Assembly (NCBI GenBank): GCA_965644265.1 | Contig: OZ286466.1 | Span: 65,162,001-65,226,000, forward strand | DNA: 64,000 nucleotides | From: Glycera tridactyla | Lineage: Eukaryota | Reading direction: 5' to 3' | Shown: positions 11,563 through 24,490 of the stretch, one piece after another | Layout: each line of letters starts with the position of its first letter | Position numbering within the stretch: position 1 is the stretch's first letter | Program-made: the position numbers and the translations under genes | Notes under the pieces: model-generated | What the model saw: the letters and a program-made list of their open reading frames with translations, nothing else | Databases searched by the model: none | What the model was told of the DNA's origin: nothing

Positions 11563-11675
11563 CTGTAACAGAGAACAAGAAACACAGATTTAGCCGAATG
11601 TCGACTTCCAATCATATGAATAAACTTTTCTTGGTCGATTGACGAAACTCATTTCCATTGTAAACAATCAAAGTA

Positions 11676-11853
11676 CAGTCGAACCTCTCTATAAAGACCG
11701 CCTTCGGTCGCGTAAAAAAGTGGCCTTTATAAGGAGGTGGTCTTTATAGAGAGGTCATTTACTGTCGAAAATACTACCACGGTCGCAGCTCAGAGTGGTC
11801 TTTATAGGGAGGTTGTCTTTATAGAGAGGTGGTCTTTAGAGGAGGTTCGACTG
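11676..11853. mobile_element. MITE, Tc1/mariner-pogo type (family D1), 178 bp
   Basis: Perfect TIR CAGTCGAACCTC...GAGGTTCGACTG flanked by TA on both sides; internal ggtctttatagagagg repeats. Confidence 0.85.
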
Positions 11854-12010
11854 TATATCGCTGAGACTGGAGAGCGACTATCAATACCTCGTAAGTGTCT
11901 TGCTGAAAGTGAGACAAGAAACTACCAGTCATGTTAAGTTTCAACACATCTTTTGCTGAAAGGGAAGTGAGAAAAATATTAACCACGTTGAGTCCTCAAG
12001 ATGAGGCAAT

Positions 12011-12166
12011 CTGAATATTCGATAGAGAATGCTGCCAGCAACAGGTCTTCTCTCATATTCATAAGTCTTCATAGGTCTTCACAAGTCTTCATAATCTTCA
12101 TAATCTGAATATTCAATCGAGAATGCTGCCATTAACAGGTCTTCTCTCATATTCATAAGTCTTCAT
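12011..12166. repeat. Local direct repeat (~62 bp, 2 copies)
   Basis: ctgaatattc.at.gagaatgctgcca..aacaggtcttctctcatattcataagtcttcata twice. Confidence 0.85.
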
Positions 12167-12398
12167 ATAATATTCATTGAGGGGATGTACCCATAACACA
12201 CATTTCTCCCTTCATTATACATAACATATATACAATTACAATCAGTACATTATCACACATAGACATCACATAGACATGTGCCACCGAAACATCATCATCA
12301 TAAGAAAGATCACTTTCGATTTCGACTAATCATCATGGTGACGGCACGGATCAGTCATCTTTGCGGAGCCTTCCGCAGCTGTGGCTATAAATGAAGAC

Positions 12399-12817
12399 TA
12401 AAGTGTGTCAAGTACGTGTTCGTTATTCGCCCTACCATCGTGAATTCGCATCCGATTGGAATGAGACGGTCTGCATGCTTTGTTGACATTTCCGACGACT
12501 AGAAATGTGATATCGGCGAGGTTCCCTTGTATATTTCGTCATCGAACGCCAAATATGTCAATTTCACGCTGGTTTGTGGCGCATGCGGCGGCCTTATCCC
12601 CATTGTCTCATATACAAAAAGTCGGCATTATCGCTGGAAAAATGCAATGAAATGATGGCGCATCCTTCTCAAATGCATGCCCACTATTTGAAGCATGGCT
12701 TATAGATCGCCGAAAGACCTAGAGAATGCGTTCGTGTCTTTAAAATTGAAATCAGACAAGAAATGGCGAATTTAGCGTCTGAAACGTACCCGCCACATTG
12801 GGATTTGACAGAGTTTA
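12399..12817. mobile_element. MITE family F, longer copy
   Basis: Shares gaacgccaaatatgtcaatttca and agcgtctgaaacgtacccgccacatt.ggatttgac with 50856-51105; ends taaagtgtgtcaa...ttgacagagttta. Confidence 0.7.
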
Positions 12818-13525
12818 CCAGAATAGTGTACAGCCATCAGTATGTGTCATTGAAATGGTGAATAAGATATACCCAGCAGTCTGAGATCTAAAATACGTAG
12901 CAGACTCTATCCCTGGGGTCACTGGTTGCCATGATACCCTGATCAACCATTTAATCGCATTATATGTGACATTTTGAACATTGCATTAGATATATTTGAT
13001 TTTTCACTATTGACTGAAGAAGAATGTAGTGTAAGAATATGCCATATTGGTATGTTTAATATAAGAACAAGTTGGTATTCTAATGAAACCAGGCCTCACG
13101 ATACACTTTTGAAACTTACGCATCATATTTTTAGAAATCATCCGATCTCTTCTGGATTTGAATCTGGGATTTCCAGAATGACACAAATCGCCTAGACTGT
13201 GAAGGTGCAAGCTGTCTTGTACGCTGAGCTATGTTAACTACTCCAATTAAAGTTGCCATACACCTCAGCCAGGAGCGCGATCCACTCCCCACATAGACAC
13301 CTAGGTGCCTAGTTGGCATTCATTTTCGACTCATAGAGAGACGGGTAAAACCCGTGAACAGATTGATTTCGTTCTCACTTGGGAGAATTCACACATTAAT
13401 TTTCATCGGTCGATGTCAATCCAGTCCCCAGAGAGGCTGATCCGAACTGACAATCAAATCAGATCGATCGGCGTTAAGTGAACACATGCTAAATTCGGAC
13501 TCTTTAATTTGAATTTAAGATAATT

Positions 13526-13926
13526 GCCTCGGTGCATTATTTATCAGATTTGAAGGCTCAGCGCTTACTAGAGCACCAGAGCGTTCAATCTCATCGACTG
13601 AAATCCCCGTGTGAATTATAGTTGAATTCTGCGACATATTCACTCAGGTCGCCCCTATATCCAGTTACACAGTTAGATATGCCATCGTCAGGTTTGTTAT
13701 GTTTTTGTGGAATAGGTAGAGGTGTGTCCGAACTGTCAGCAGCTTCCACTTGACAACCTTTCAGGTTCCCCATCATCTTGTGTTCAGGGTTTGTGAGAGA
13801 GATGTCTGCAGGGGAGAGAGCTAGCTTTCATTAACCAGGAACACACGGCATACATAACCCTAGGGTTGATACATGCCGTTAAACCTCAAGCCATCAAACA
13901 AGCAAACAAACAAACAAACAAACAAA
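13526..13926 (+). mobile_element. SINE-like family B, longest copy with a possible degenerate tRNA-like head
   Basis: 3' end catgccgttaaacctcaagccatc(AAAC)n. Body gtgtccgaactgtcagcagcttccacttgacaacctttcagg..catcttgtgttcagggtttgtgagag recurs at least six more times. B-box-like gttcaatct near 13585. Confidence 0.7.
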
Positions 13927-14172
13927 ATTGTCCTTTTATGACGCCTGATGTTCTGAGTTACGAGTTACGTGCCGTCCTCGATTGAATATCACTGTTCACA
14001 ACAAAGTTGTTCCTCGGCTTGGTGACCAGGATGGACAAGGTTTGCAAGCCAATACCAGAACCAGTATCACTACACATATCTACGGCCGGATACACGCTTC
14101 CCACACAGGAGGCACGCCAGTGTAGAGGTATCTGAGAATTACATGCGACTGTGATGAATAGAGTATTAGGTT

Positions 14173-14924
14173 CACGAGGCTAACACAGTTTACTCTACTC
14201 CCCACGAGGCTAACACAGTTTACTCTACTCCTCACGAGGCTAACACAGTTTACTCTACTCCTCATGAGGCTAACACAGTTTACTCTACTCCTCATGAGGC
14301 TAACACAGTTTACTCTACTCCTCACGAGGCTAACACAATTTACTCTACTCCTCACGAGGCTAACACAGTTTACTCTACTCCTCACGAGGCTAACACAGTT
14401 TACTCTACTCCTCATGAGGCTAAGACAGTTTACTCTACTCCTCACGAGGCTAACACAGTTTACTCTACTCCTCACGAGGCTAACACAGTTTACTCTACTC
14501 CTCACGAGGCTAACACAGTTTACTCTACTCCTCACGAGGCTAACACAGTTTACTCTACTCCTCACGAGGCTAACACAGTTCACTCTACTCCTCACGAGGC
14601 TAACACAGTTTACTCTACTCCTCACGAGGCTAACACAGTTTACTCTACTCCTCACGAGGCTAACACAGTTTACTCTACTCCTCACGAGGCTAACACAGTT
14701 TACTCTACTCCTCACGAGGCTAACACAGTTTACTCTACTCCTCACGAGGCTAACACAGTTAACTCTACTCCTCACGAGGCTAACACAGTTTACTCTACTC
14801 CTCACGAGGTTAACACAGTTCACTCTACTCCTCACGAGGCTAACACAGTTTACTCTACTCCTCACGAGGCTAACACAGTTTACTCTACTCCTCACGAGGT
14901 TAACACAGTTTACTCTACTCCTCA
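14173..14924. repeat. 30-bp minisatellite, ~25 copies
   Basis: Unit CACGAGGCTAACACAGTTTACTCTACTCCT, nearly invariant. Confidence 0.98.
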
Positions 14925-15071
14925 TCCTGGTGAGAGCAGTAGTCGGAGTATCACTGAAATTTCATAAATTAACGAAGTTCCAAATGTGATTCCAATTTGC
15001 TGGAGATGTGTAGATTTTGCGGTTTTTGAGGATGCTATTGAGTTGATTATAGGATAGTAGATTCTGGATGC

Positions 15072-15266
15072 TTAGAACTCATTGGTATCTCTATATTGCC
15101 TCCAGTTCCTACGCCCAATTACCAAAGAACGTTTATCTTTTGTATTTAAATCAAATCTCAGTGTCAGTGCATATCTGGTTTTTGAGGCGGTATAAATGAA
15201 ATCTAAGATCGAGATCTTCATATCCTGAAGCCCATGATGGCTCTGTGAGAGAAAGTGTCTGCTCAC
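15072..15266 (-). mobile_element. Penelope-like element, GIY-YIG endonuclease C-terminal remnant, cut by the gap
   Basis: SRHFLSQSHHGLQDMKISILDFIY...ALTLR resembles the V.RHF....H.GL.D..I.ILDFI.......A..LR segment I recall from invertebrate Penelope endonucleases. Confidence 0.6.
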
Positions 15267-15486
15267 NNNNNNNNNNNNNNNNNNNNNNNNNNNNNNNNNN
15301 NNNNNNNNNNNNNNNNNNNNNNNNNNNNNNNNNNNNNNNNNNNNNNNNNNNNNNNNNNNNNNNNNNNNNNNNNNNNNNNNNNNNNNNNNNNNNNNNNNNN
15401 NNNNNNNNNNNNNNNNNNNNNNNNNNNNNNNNNNNNNNNNNNNNNNNNNNNNNNNNNNNNNNNNNNNNNNNNNNNNNNNNNNNNNN
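15267..15486. other. Assembly gap (220 N)
   Basis: N-run. Confidence 1.
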
Positions 15487-15813
15487 TTTTATAAATGGTT
15501 ATATCTTGCTTCTATGATGAAAGAGCAGTTAACCTTTTTTTTATCATATATTCAGTACATATCCGAGTGCGAGTGGGAAGATGCAGAATTTTTGTCTGTG
15601 GAATAACTTACGCCAAACAACATGAATAATTGGTCGAACAGTTACTAGGAGAAAATATACGTATGTGTTATTGTAGTTAGCAGAGTAATAATAGATGTGG
15701 AATAAAATGTACACGATCTAGCTAGTCACATGAATGTATATTTTGTTTTTGTTCAGGCTTATCATTAGAACGACTACCAACTCTGTTACTACAACCACCA
15801 TCAGAGTAAGAAC

Positions 15814-16037
15814 NNNNNNNNNNNNNNNNNNNNNNNNNNNNNNNNNNNNNNNNNNNNNNNNNNNNNNNNNNNNNNNNNNNNNNNNNNNNNNNNNNNNNNN
15901 NNNNNNNNNNNNNNNNNNNNNNNNNNNNNNNNNNNNNNNNNNNNNNNNNNNNNNNNNNNNNNNNNNNNNNNNNNNNNNNNNNNNNNNNNNNNNNNNNNNN
16001 NNNNNNNNNNNNNNNNNNNNNNNNNNNNNNNNNNNNN
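15814..16037. other. Assembly gap (224 N)
   Basis: N-run between simple-repeat-rich flanks. Confidence 1.
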
Positions 16038-16104
16038 TCCGAAGACACAATCAACACTGCTACAACCACTGCTACCGCTACCACCACATCAACTACTTCT
16101 TCCA

Positions 16105-16138
<34 letters not shown>

Positions 16139-16182
16139 TGCTTCTTCTCCTTTTGCTTCTCCTACTTCTACTTTTACTTATA

Positions 16183-16357
16183 CAGTATAACCTGTATTCA
16201 GCAACCGCCCTCGGGAAATGAAAAAGTGGTTGGTTAAGACAGGTGGTTGCTCAATACAGGTGAATTATAGTGAAAATACTCTGGCGGGATTTTAAGAAGT
16301 GGCTGCTTAAGACAGGCGGTTGCTGAATACAGTGGTAGCTTAATACAGGTTTCACTG
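16183..16357. mobile_element. MITE, Tc1/mariner-pogo type (family D2)
   Basis: TA|cagtataacctgtatt...aatacaggtttcactg|TA; body matches 43904-44080. Confidence 0.8.
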
Positions 16358-16359
16358 TA

Positions 16360-16381
16360 CTACCTCTTCTACTACTAACGT

Positions 16382-16441
<60 letters not shown>

Positions 16442-16635
16442 CACTACTACCACTAGTGCTACCACTACTACCACTACTGCTACCACTACTAGAACTACTA
16501 CTATCACTACCACTACTACTACCACTACCACTACCACTACCACTACCCCTACCCCTACCCCTACCCCTACCCCTACCCCTACCCCTACCCCTACCCCTAC
16601 CCCTACCCCTACCCCTACCCCTACCCCTACTACTA
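16360..16635. repeat. Compound microsatellite (ACT)n, (ACCACT)n, (CCCCTA)n
   Basis: Directly visible; a (CTT)n-rich tract also lies at ~16095-16175. Confidence 0.98.
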
Positions 16636-18744
16636 TCATGCTAATCTTGGACAGGAATGCCGTTCATTGTTGCCTACAAGGAGGACGTCAACAGCAGCGA
16701 CAAACAACCTCCGTGGCCATATCATTGTGGCCATCCTAATCAGAGCGGACAATTCATCATATCTTGACGTGATATGTCCGAGAAGAGTGCCATCAACAAG
16801 CATGCAACACTCAACCATTGTCAGGATGGGGACCACATTCATCAATTCCCACTCCATCATTGCTATGCTTTCCAAAGATGCTCATAAAACAGAGAGGTAC
16901 CCATCCGACTCAAAACCACATCTGGACTATGCTGCAAAGATCCCAGTTCTAGATTAGCATCACTCGCCGAACGCTTATGCAAATATGCAAGCCTGAAGGG
17001 ACAGCTAGTGATATCATCACCATGACAACGCTCATTCTTGTTCATTTGTCAGCGCATTCGAATGAAGTGCAATGGTAATCAGGCAAGATTCTTGAGGACA
17101 CCTTTGTACCCTGAAGGATTGTTACTCCGCCATAAAGTCATTCCCCTGTTATGCGCTAGTGCAGGTCGTTGAGCTTCCTCTCTTGGCGGTCATCTGCCTA
17201 GGCATGTTTTTCAGATGTTTTATAGAGATGGCACCCTGTCAGGTATGTGCTGCATGTACGTGTAGGTGAAAGAATCAGGATTTGAGAAGGTGAATGGATC
17301 TTGCACCCTGAGGTGTCCTTTTTTGTCAGCCATTAACTTCCAGAATTGTGAAGAGTGAAGATATATGCGCCATGGCGCAGAGTGGAGATTTTTCCGCTTA
17401 GTCAAAATATGGCGAATTTCATGGGTTATGTGAGCAAACAATATTTTCTCCAACAGAAAAGATTCCGGAATTCGTGGTATTTCAATCATGTGGTGTCCGT
17501 GCAGAAACCGCGATGATATAACAAATTGTCGCCAAAAGAGAACCAAATATTGGGCAGCATAATGATAGCAAAATGTCACCATCCTGCAGGCTGCTCAGTT
17601 GAGCTAACAGAGCAAATGTTCGCCCAATCCCCTACCAAAGATTCTCTATATTAAGTGTGTCAACAAATAAAGGGGACATTGTTTCCTTCGCAAAACGTTA
17701 GCGATTATTAGCTGTAACTGGACAGCCTACTGGTGTCACTCGTAGATGGGGCGCATCACTAGTCGTTGCAGTATTCATACGCATATCGTCAACCATAGCA
17801 GCCACCAGAAGCACTACTTTCACGCAGTCAAAGTAAGCGAGGTAAGACTCACATGTTATTAATCTGTGGCATGAAAGCAAGAATATTCATAGAAATGGGG
17901 CAAATGATTTATTTTCCGCTTGTTGGTCCTGCAATGTGATCACAATGGGCATAAACTTCGGAGAAATGATGGGACTATTTCGATGAGGACTGACCGTATT
18001 TGGAGGCGCTTTGCTGTTCTATCACTGACACAAAAACCAGATGCTTTCTCGGTCAGATGACTTTGATTGCCCAATTGATAGATTTCACAAAAGAGTCGTT
18101 TTGACACACCTATTCAGATACAAATATAGCAAAGGTAATTGAATATGTTCTAATAGTTGATGGCATTGCTCAAAAAGTAGTAAATTTGTGACAAAATAAT
18201 GCGGTGATCGTGCCCTGAGAGCATGTGCGAAGCAAATTCTCCAACAGAAAAAACGGACCGATTTCATCAGCTCAGGAAAAGACCAGGTTCCCCTGGCTAG
18301 GAAATTAGTTTCAACGCGCAGAAAATTGACTCATTCGATTTTAGTACTGCTATGTATGGAAGAAGCTCACAGTATCCCCACTCGGTCTAAAAACGGAAGG
18401 CAGAAATATTTCTCAAAAGAATGTTGCATAGTACCAGAATGAATTACTGAGACATTGAAAGCTTTCTGAAATGATGAATTGTGTATTTGTGATTTCGTAT
18501 GGTATTGCCTTCTGTAGTACCAAATGTATACGAAGATCTCAAGTGAGTCGTTTTTATCGTGCTACAGCATAGCACTCGGGGAGCTGACGTGACATTAAAT
18601 CACAACAACCATCCCACACAACAAACAATCAACTAATGAAATATTGTCAAAACACTAAAGGGAAAGCTGTCGAAATTAGTTGCAGTCGGCGAGAGCGAAC
18701 GTAGACAAATTGTTGGCTAAATACAATAATGCCGACTTGAGATC

Positions 18745-18840
18745 GCTATCCTCCAGAGAACCACTAATGTAATTGTAGTTACAGTGCTCGAGCCGGCTGT
18801 CTGTTGTTGTCGAGCGAGATTCAATGAGCTTGCAATCCCC
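18745..18840 (+). repeat. Dispersed repeat family G (second copy ~25648-25735)
   Basis: ccagagaa...ctaatgtaattgt....agtgc....ggctgtctg...agattcaatgagc at both sites. Confidence 0.55.
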
Positions 18841-19721
18841 AGCACGTACCGTAATCTGTGCCTGAACTATTTTCCCGGACTCCGCAGTTCAAACTTAAAA
18901 GCGCCGCTCGACACATAAAAATGCGCATCCGTATTTTTGTTGTTGTTACAACTGCGGAGTGCGGTGGCAGTCTCCGCCTTCTTGGAGACAGCTAATGTCT
19001 GAGAAGAGTTCCCGTATATGCCCGAAACATCTGCGCAACGACGCTTGGCATCCGGTGAAAATCTTTACATCCACTTTAGTTACCAACATAAAATCCGACT
19101 TATTTTCGTAATAAAATAGCACGATTGTTTTTGTGATTGATGACCAATTTTGAAGAATTTCCCCTGGCTAGTATGATAGAAGTATACGTTAAACCAGAAC
19201 AACCAACCAATCAACCAACCAACCATCAACCAAACAGCCGGGAGTGGGAATTGTACGACTTAACGTTGATGGAATTCGCATATACGGATCCAAGAACTTC
19301 ACTAATGAGATATCGTGACGACTTCCTACTAGTTTCTATATGTCAAAGCTGATATCCAGTAAGGACTGTTAGATAGAACATCACGCTGCACTGGTCAATA
19401 TTGTCAAGATTGGGGCAAAAACGAGGAAAATGACAGGAATATGGACAAATACGCACAAACTAAGCGTTCCCCGTGGTCACGTTTGCACGTGTTTGTTATT
19501 CCTGCGGTTTTCCCTCTAAATAGGAATCTACATCAGTATGCAGAGAGCAAAATCAAATAATTGCCATTTAATGTGAGCTGATATCGATCACTGATGAGAA
19601 ACTGACAAGCGGAAGAGAAGTTCACGTGACCTTGACTTATTCCAAGTCCGGTGATGAAGAGAACTATCCTGGTGTCACTTTGATTTTGATAGAGTGATAG
19701 GAAAACCTGATGAAGTGCTAC

Positions 19722-20385
19722 AGGGATTGGGAGCCCTGATATATTGCTAGGGTGATTGAAAGCCCTGATATATTGCTAGGGTGATTGAAAGTACTGATAT
19801 TCAGCTAGGGTGATTGGGAGCCATGCTATATCACTAGAGTGATTGGAAGCACTGATATTCAGCTAGGGTGATTGGGAGCCATGCTATGTCACTAGAGTGA
19901 TTGAAAGCACTGATATTCAGCTAGGGTGATTGGGAGCCATACTATATCACTTGAGTGATTGGAAGCACTGATATTCAGCTAGGGTGATTGGGAGCCATAC
20001 TATATCACTAGAGTGATTTGAAGCACTGATATTCAGCTAGGGTGATTGGGAGCCATGCTATATCACTAGAGTGATTGGAAGCACTGATATTCAGCTAGGG
20101 TGATTGGGAGCCATGCTATATCACTAGAGTGATTGGAAGCACTGATATTCAGCTAGGGTGATTGGGAGCCATGCCATATCACTAGAGTGATTGGAAGCAC
20201 TGATATTCAGCTAGGGTGATTGGGAGCAATGCTATATCACTAGAATGATTGGTAGCGCTGATATATTGTTTGGATGATCAGTAGCACAGATATATTGCTA
20301 GGTTGATTGGGAGCACTGATTCATAATACTAGTATCTATCACCGGTATATAGGGTGATTGGAGGCCCTGATATATTGCACGAGGC
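19722..20385. repeat. 29-bp minisatellite with a central 58-bp dimeric higher-order repeat
   Basis: Eight A+B dimers at 19799-20262 (A=attcagctagggtgattgggagccatgct, B=atatcactagagtgattggaagcactgat), with monomers on both flanks. Confidence 0.95.
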
Positions 20386-21155
20386 ACTGGAAGCACTGGT
20401 CATTATTATTTCAAGACAACCAGCGAGTTAGATTCTTATGTGTCATGCAAAGCATACGAAAACATTTTGAGTCCTTTTATCTTTTATTGTCAATCCTTTT
20501 CTGATGATCTAATACTCACTGATCAACTTTTTCCTTTTGAAACTATGAAAAGGTGTGAATGATGTTGCATTGGGGGGAATGCCACTTTTACAAGAATTCA
20601 TTTTTGAGATAGCGGAATTTTTCCACGGATCATTGTAGAATTGGCATTAAACGCTTGGGCGATCGAGCCCCCAAACCTACTCTTCCTTCAGTACTCAGTA
20701 ATGATGACTTCTCTCATCAGTGAGGTCACCAATGTTCTCTGGTGATAATGACCTCTTTCGCCGATATGTTTACCATTAATGAGGAAGACATAAAAATGTC
20801 GGCAGCAAATATGTGTTTGGAGAGCAACTAACGTTTAATTATTCTGATAAAAATACCATGATACTCATAGCACCTAGCTATTCACAGCCTTTTTGCTACT
20901 TATGCAAGAGAAAATGTATTGTTTCATAAGCCGATGTTGATTTCACACTCGATTATGAACCAAGAGTACAATGCCCATTCGCGTTTTATTTGATCTGCAA
21001 GTGTAATTAAATAGTTGGTCGGCAGTTTATTATCGATATTGGATGCGACGTGACATGTTATGGCTTCTTGCATATTCGAACTTCCCCAATCCATTTTTAA
21101 ATTGGTAGCTTCACTTGCCTAAACATTGCAATATGCCCTACATCTTCAAGGACAT

Positions 21156-22170
21156 CATCGCCATTCTTGAAAACCCAATCCAATATCCAAGCACACCATC
21201 GCTATGCTTGAAAACCCAATCCAATATCCAAGCACACCATTGCCATTCGTGAAAACCCAATCCAATATCCAAGCACACCATCGCTAATTTTGAAAACCCA
21301 ATACAATATCCAAGCACACCATCGCCATGCTTGAAAACCCAATCCAATATCCAAGCACACCATCGCCATTCTTGAAAACCCAATCCAATATCCAAGCACA
21401 CCATCGCCATTCTTGAAAACCCAATCCAATATCCAAGCACACCATCGCCAATCTTGAAAACTCAATCCAATATCCAAGCACACCATCGCCATTCTTGAAA
21501 ACCTAATCCAATATCCAAGCACACCATCGCCATTCTTGAAAACCCAATCCAATATCCAAGCACACCATCGCCAATCTTGAAAACTCAATCCAATATCCAA
21601 GCACACCATCGCCATTCTTGAAAACCTAATCCAATATCCAAGCACACCATCGCCATTGTTTGAAAACCCAATCCAATATCCAAACACACCATTGCCATGC
21701 TTGAAAACCCAATCCAATATCCAAGCTCACCATCGCCCTTATAAAAAACCCGATCCAATATCCAAGCACACCATCGCCATTCTTGAAAACCCAATCCAAT
21801 ATCCAAGCACACCATTGACATGCTTGAAAACCCAATCCAATATCCAAGCACACCATCGCCATTCTTGAAAACCCCATCCAATATCCAAGCACACCATCGC
21901 CAATCTTGAAAACCCAATCCAATATCCAAGCACACCATCGCCCTTCTAAAAAACCCAATCCAATATCCAAGCACACCATCACCATTCTTGAAAACCCAAT
22001 CTAATATCCAAGCACACCATCGACATGCTTGAAAATCCAATCCAATATCCAAGCACACCATCGCCATTCTTGAAAACCCAATCCAATATCCAAGCACACC
22101 ATCGCCAATCTTGAAAACCCAATCCAATATCCAAGCACACCATCGCCATTCTTGAAAACTAAATCCAATA
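21156..22170. repeat. 41-bp minisatellite, ~25 copies
   Basis: Unit catcgccattcttgaaaacccaatccaatatccaagcacac. Confidence 0.98.
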
Positions 22171-22680
22171 TGACTTCAATTATTCGGATACGTTTTCTCG
22201 TCAAGGTCAACAATACTGTGGAAGACTATTGTAACATGTAACAGATAACAGATAACATGGATTCTTTTGAGATTCTCTAGCCACGGAGCTGTGGTTATAC
22301 TATACGGGCTCGAGATACAGTCAAGATTCGCAATCAGTCACAGAGACATCCATGGAATACTCCCTATGATTCCTGATCTCACGTCTATCCACCATAAATA
22401 CATGAATGTAAACTGACAGAACCAGCTTCCTATTTTGGCAATCAAAACAATAGCATACAATTTCATGATCTATAAATTACAGTACTACTTTGGTATGAAG
22501 ACAATTCTACTGTTGGGTATGGAGATGCAGACAATAAGCAATGCGAACTCATATGAACTTTTGTGCGTTCAAGCTATTTGCTGCAAGTGGTATTCCTCTA
22601 GTGTATTATTGTATGAAAGTGCTGAGGTGATGAACATATTTGCATTGATAACCCTCATATCGCTATGTACATGAGCTGAC

Positions 22681-22962
22681 GTGAGGATTATCTGCAGCAC
22701 ATATGACGGAGGTTAGAAGTCGGTAACAGCGAGTGGTAATAGCATCAGAGACTGCCCTTATATCGCTATATATAAGAGTGGACATGAGGATTATCGGTAA
22801 CACATATAATGGAGGTTAGAACTCGGTAACAGCAAGTGGTAATAGCACCAGAGACTGCCCTTATATTGCCATGGATATGAGTGGACATGAGGATTATCGG
22901 CAGCACATATGATGGAGGTTAGAACTCGGTAACAGCGAGTGGTAATAGCATCAGAGACTGCC
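22681..22962. repeat. 103-bp tandem repeat, ~2.7 copies
   Basis: tgaggattatc...ggaggttagaa.tcggtaacagc.agtggtaatagca.cagagactgcc recurs at 103-nt period. Confidence 0.9.
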
Positions 22963-23328
22963 ATTTCAGGGAGGAACATGTAGCTCGGAAGACAAGATAT
23001 ATGAGAAAGTTTACACGCGATCTGACCAAATTGAAAGAAATTCTTCTAAAACAATTCCCATGATAATACCACATCTTTCATTCTGCGCTCGACTTCGAAA
23101 GAGTGATTTGGCGCACCTGGGAATTGAGCCGTCCACCTCGATGTCGTGCTTTGAATATTTATCCGTTTCCCAGTGGACTCTGGTGAAAAATCGATAGACC
23201 TTTAAGAAGCAAACTGCCATCAAAATCAATGCCATGCCATGGGAGTCAGTGAAGCAATACGATAAATCTTGCGAACTTTTTATGTGAATGGAATCAATTG
23301 GTGCCAGCATCCCTTGAATTCGTGAGTA

Positions 23329-23420
23329 CAGTTCAACCTGTTTATAAAAACCGCCTTCGGTCGCTTAAAAAGTGGCCTTCATTGGCAGATGGTCTTTATA
23401 TAGAGGTTTTGTTTGTGAAA
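23329..23420. mobile_element. MITE D1 left-half fragment (other decayed pieces at ~40755-40895 and ~50175-50262)
   Basis: tacagttcaacctg..tataaaaaccgccttcggtcgc.taaaaagtggcct matches 11676-11760. Confidence 0.65.
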
Positions 23421-23857
23421 ACTTCATTCCATATCAACATTGACCCGAAGGTCATATTATATGTCATCATGCTCAACTTGAATACTGTTGATACAAAATA
23501 TTTACAAGATGGTATCCAATCCCATATCATGCAGACATGAGACGCAGTAACATTACTATCAAAGATAGGAGACAAAATAAGATGAGATGTAGAAAGAGAA
23601 TAAAGATGAAGAAAGGCAAAGAGGTGCAGGGAAACATAAATAGTACTATAGATGTCAGATGCACATTAATGAGTAGGAAATCTCGACTTAATGCACTTCT
23701 CAGACACAATTTCGAATCTAGACACTAGGCACTACATCTTAGATCAATAGGGAGGGAGTCCCATACCTTTGGGCCTTGTATTCTGAGATTTCAAGTACCA
23801 AATTCTGTGCTACACCTCTCAATATAAAGATCTTCCCTAACAGAGTGGCGAGTGTCA

Positions 23858-24490
23858 CCTGAGCTTACAGCAGATACGCAATAGATCCTATACGCTTGAG
23901 CTAACAGCAGATACGCAACAGAACACATACATTTGAGCTTACAGCAGATATGCAACAGAACACATACACTTGAGCTTCCAGCAGATACGCAACAGAACAC
24001 ATACGCTTGAGCTAACAGCAGATATGCGACAGAACACATACATCTGATCTCACAGCAGATATGCAACAGAACACTTACGCTTGAGCTAACAGCAAATACG
24101 CCACAGGACACATACATTTGAGCTTACAGCAGATATGCAACAGAACACATACACTTGAGCTTACAGCAGATATGTAACAGAACACATACACTCGAGCTTA
24201 CAACAGATACGCAACAGATCGCATACGCTCGAGCTTACGGCAGATATACAACAGAACACATACGCTTGACCCTACAGCAGATACACAACAGTACACATAC
24301 GTTTGAGCATACTGCAAATACGCGACAGAACATATACACTTGAGCTTCCAGCAGATACGCGACAGAACACATACGTCTTAGCATACTGCAAATTCGCAAC
24401 AGAACATATACACTTGAGCTTACAGCAGATATGCGACAGAATATATACGCTAGAGCTTACAGCGGATACACAACAGAACATATAGAACAC
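23858..24490. repeat. ~37-bp minisatellite, ~17 diverged copies
   Basis: Unit gagcttacagcagatacgcaacagaacacatacactt. Confidence 0.95.

Noticed and set aside
14080-14989. 281-aa and 241-aa ORFs as genes
   Set aside because: Both are translations of a stop-free 30-bp tandem unit on opposite strands, with no supporting splice or start context.
15245-16644. ORFs spanning N-gaps and poly-V/poly-LP ORFs
   Set aside because: Produced by N-runs and microsatellites.
16640-18340. Upstream exons or a nameable TE ORF in 16.6-18.3 kb
   Set aside because: Frames are stop-riddled, no motif could be assigned and no phase-compatible splice pair was found.
21138-22213. Many overlapping ORFs (WRWCAWILDWVFK...)
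   Set aside because: The 41-bp unit cycles through all frames; repeat artefact.
14173-24490. 30-, 41- and 37-bp arrays as CRISPR arrays
   Set aside because: Units are head-to-tail with no unique spacers, there are no cas genes, and the context is eukaryotic.
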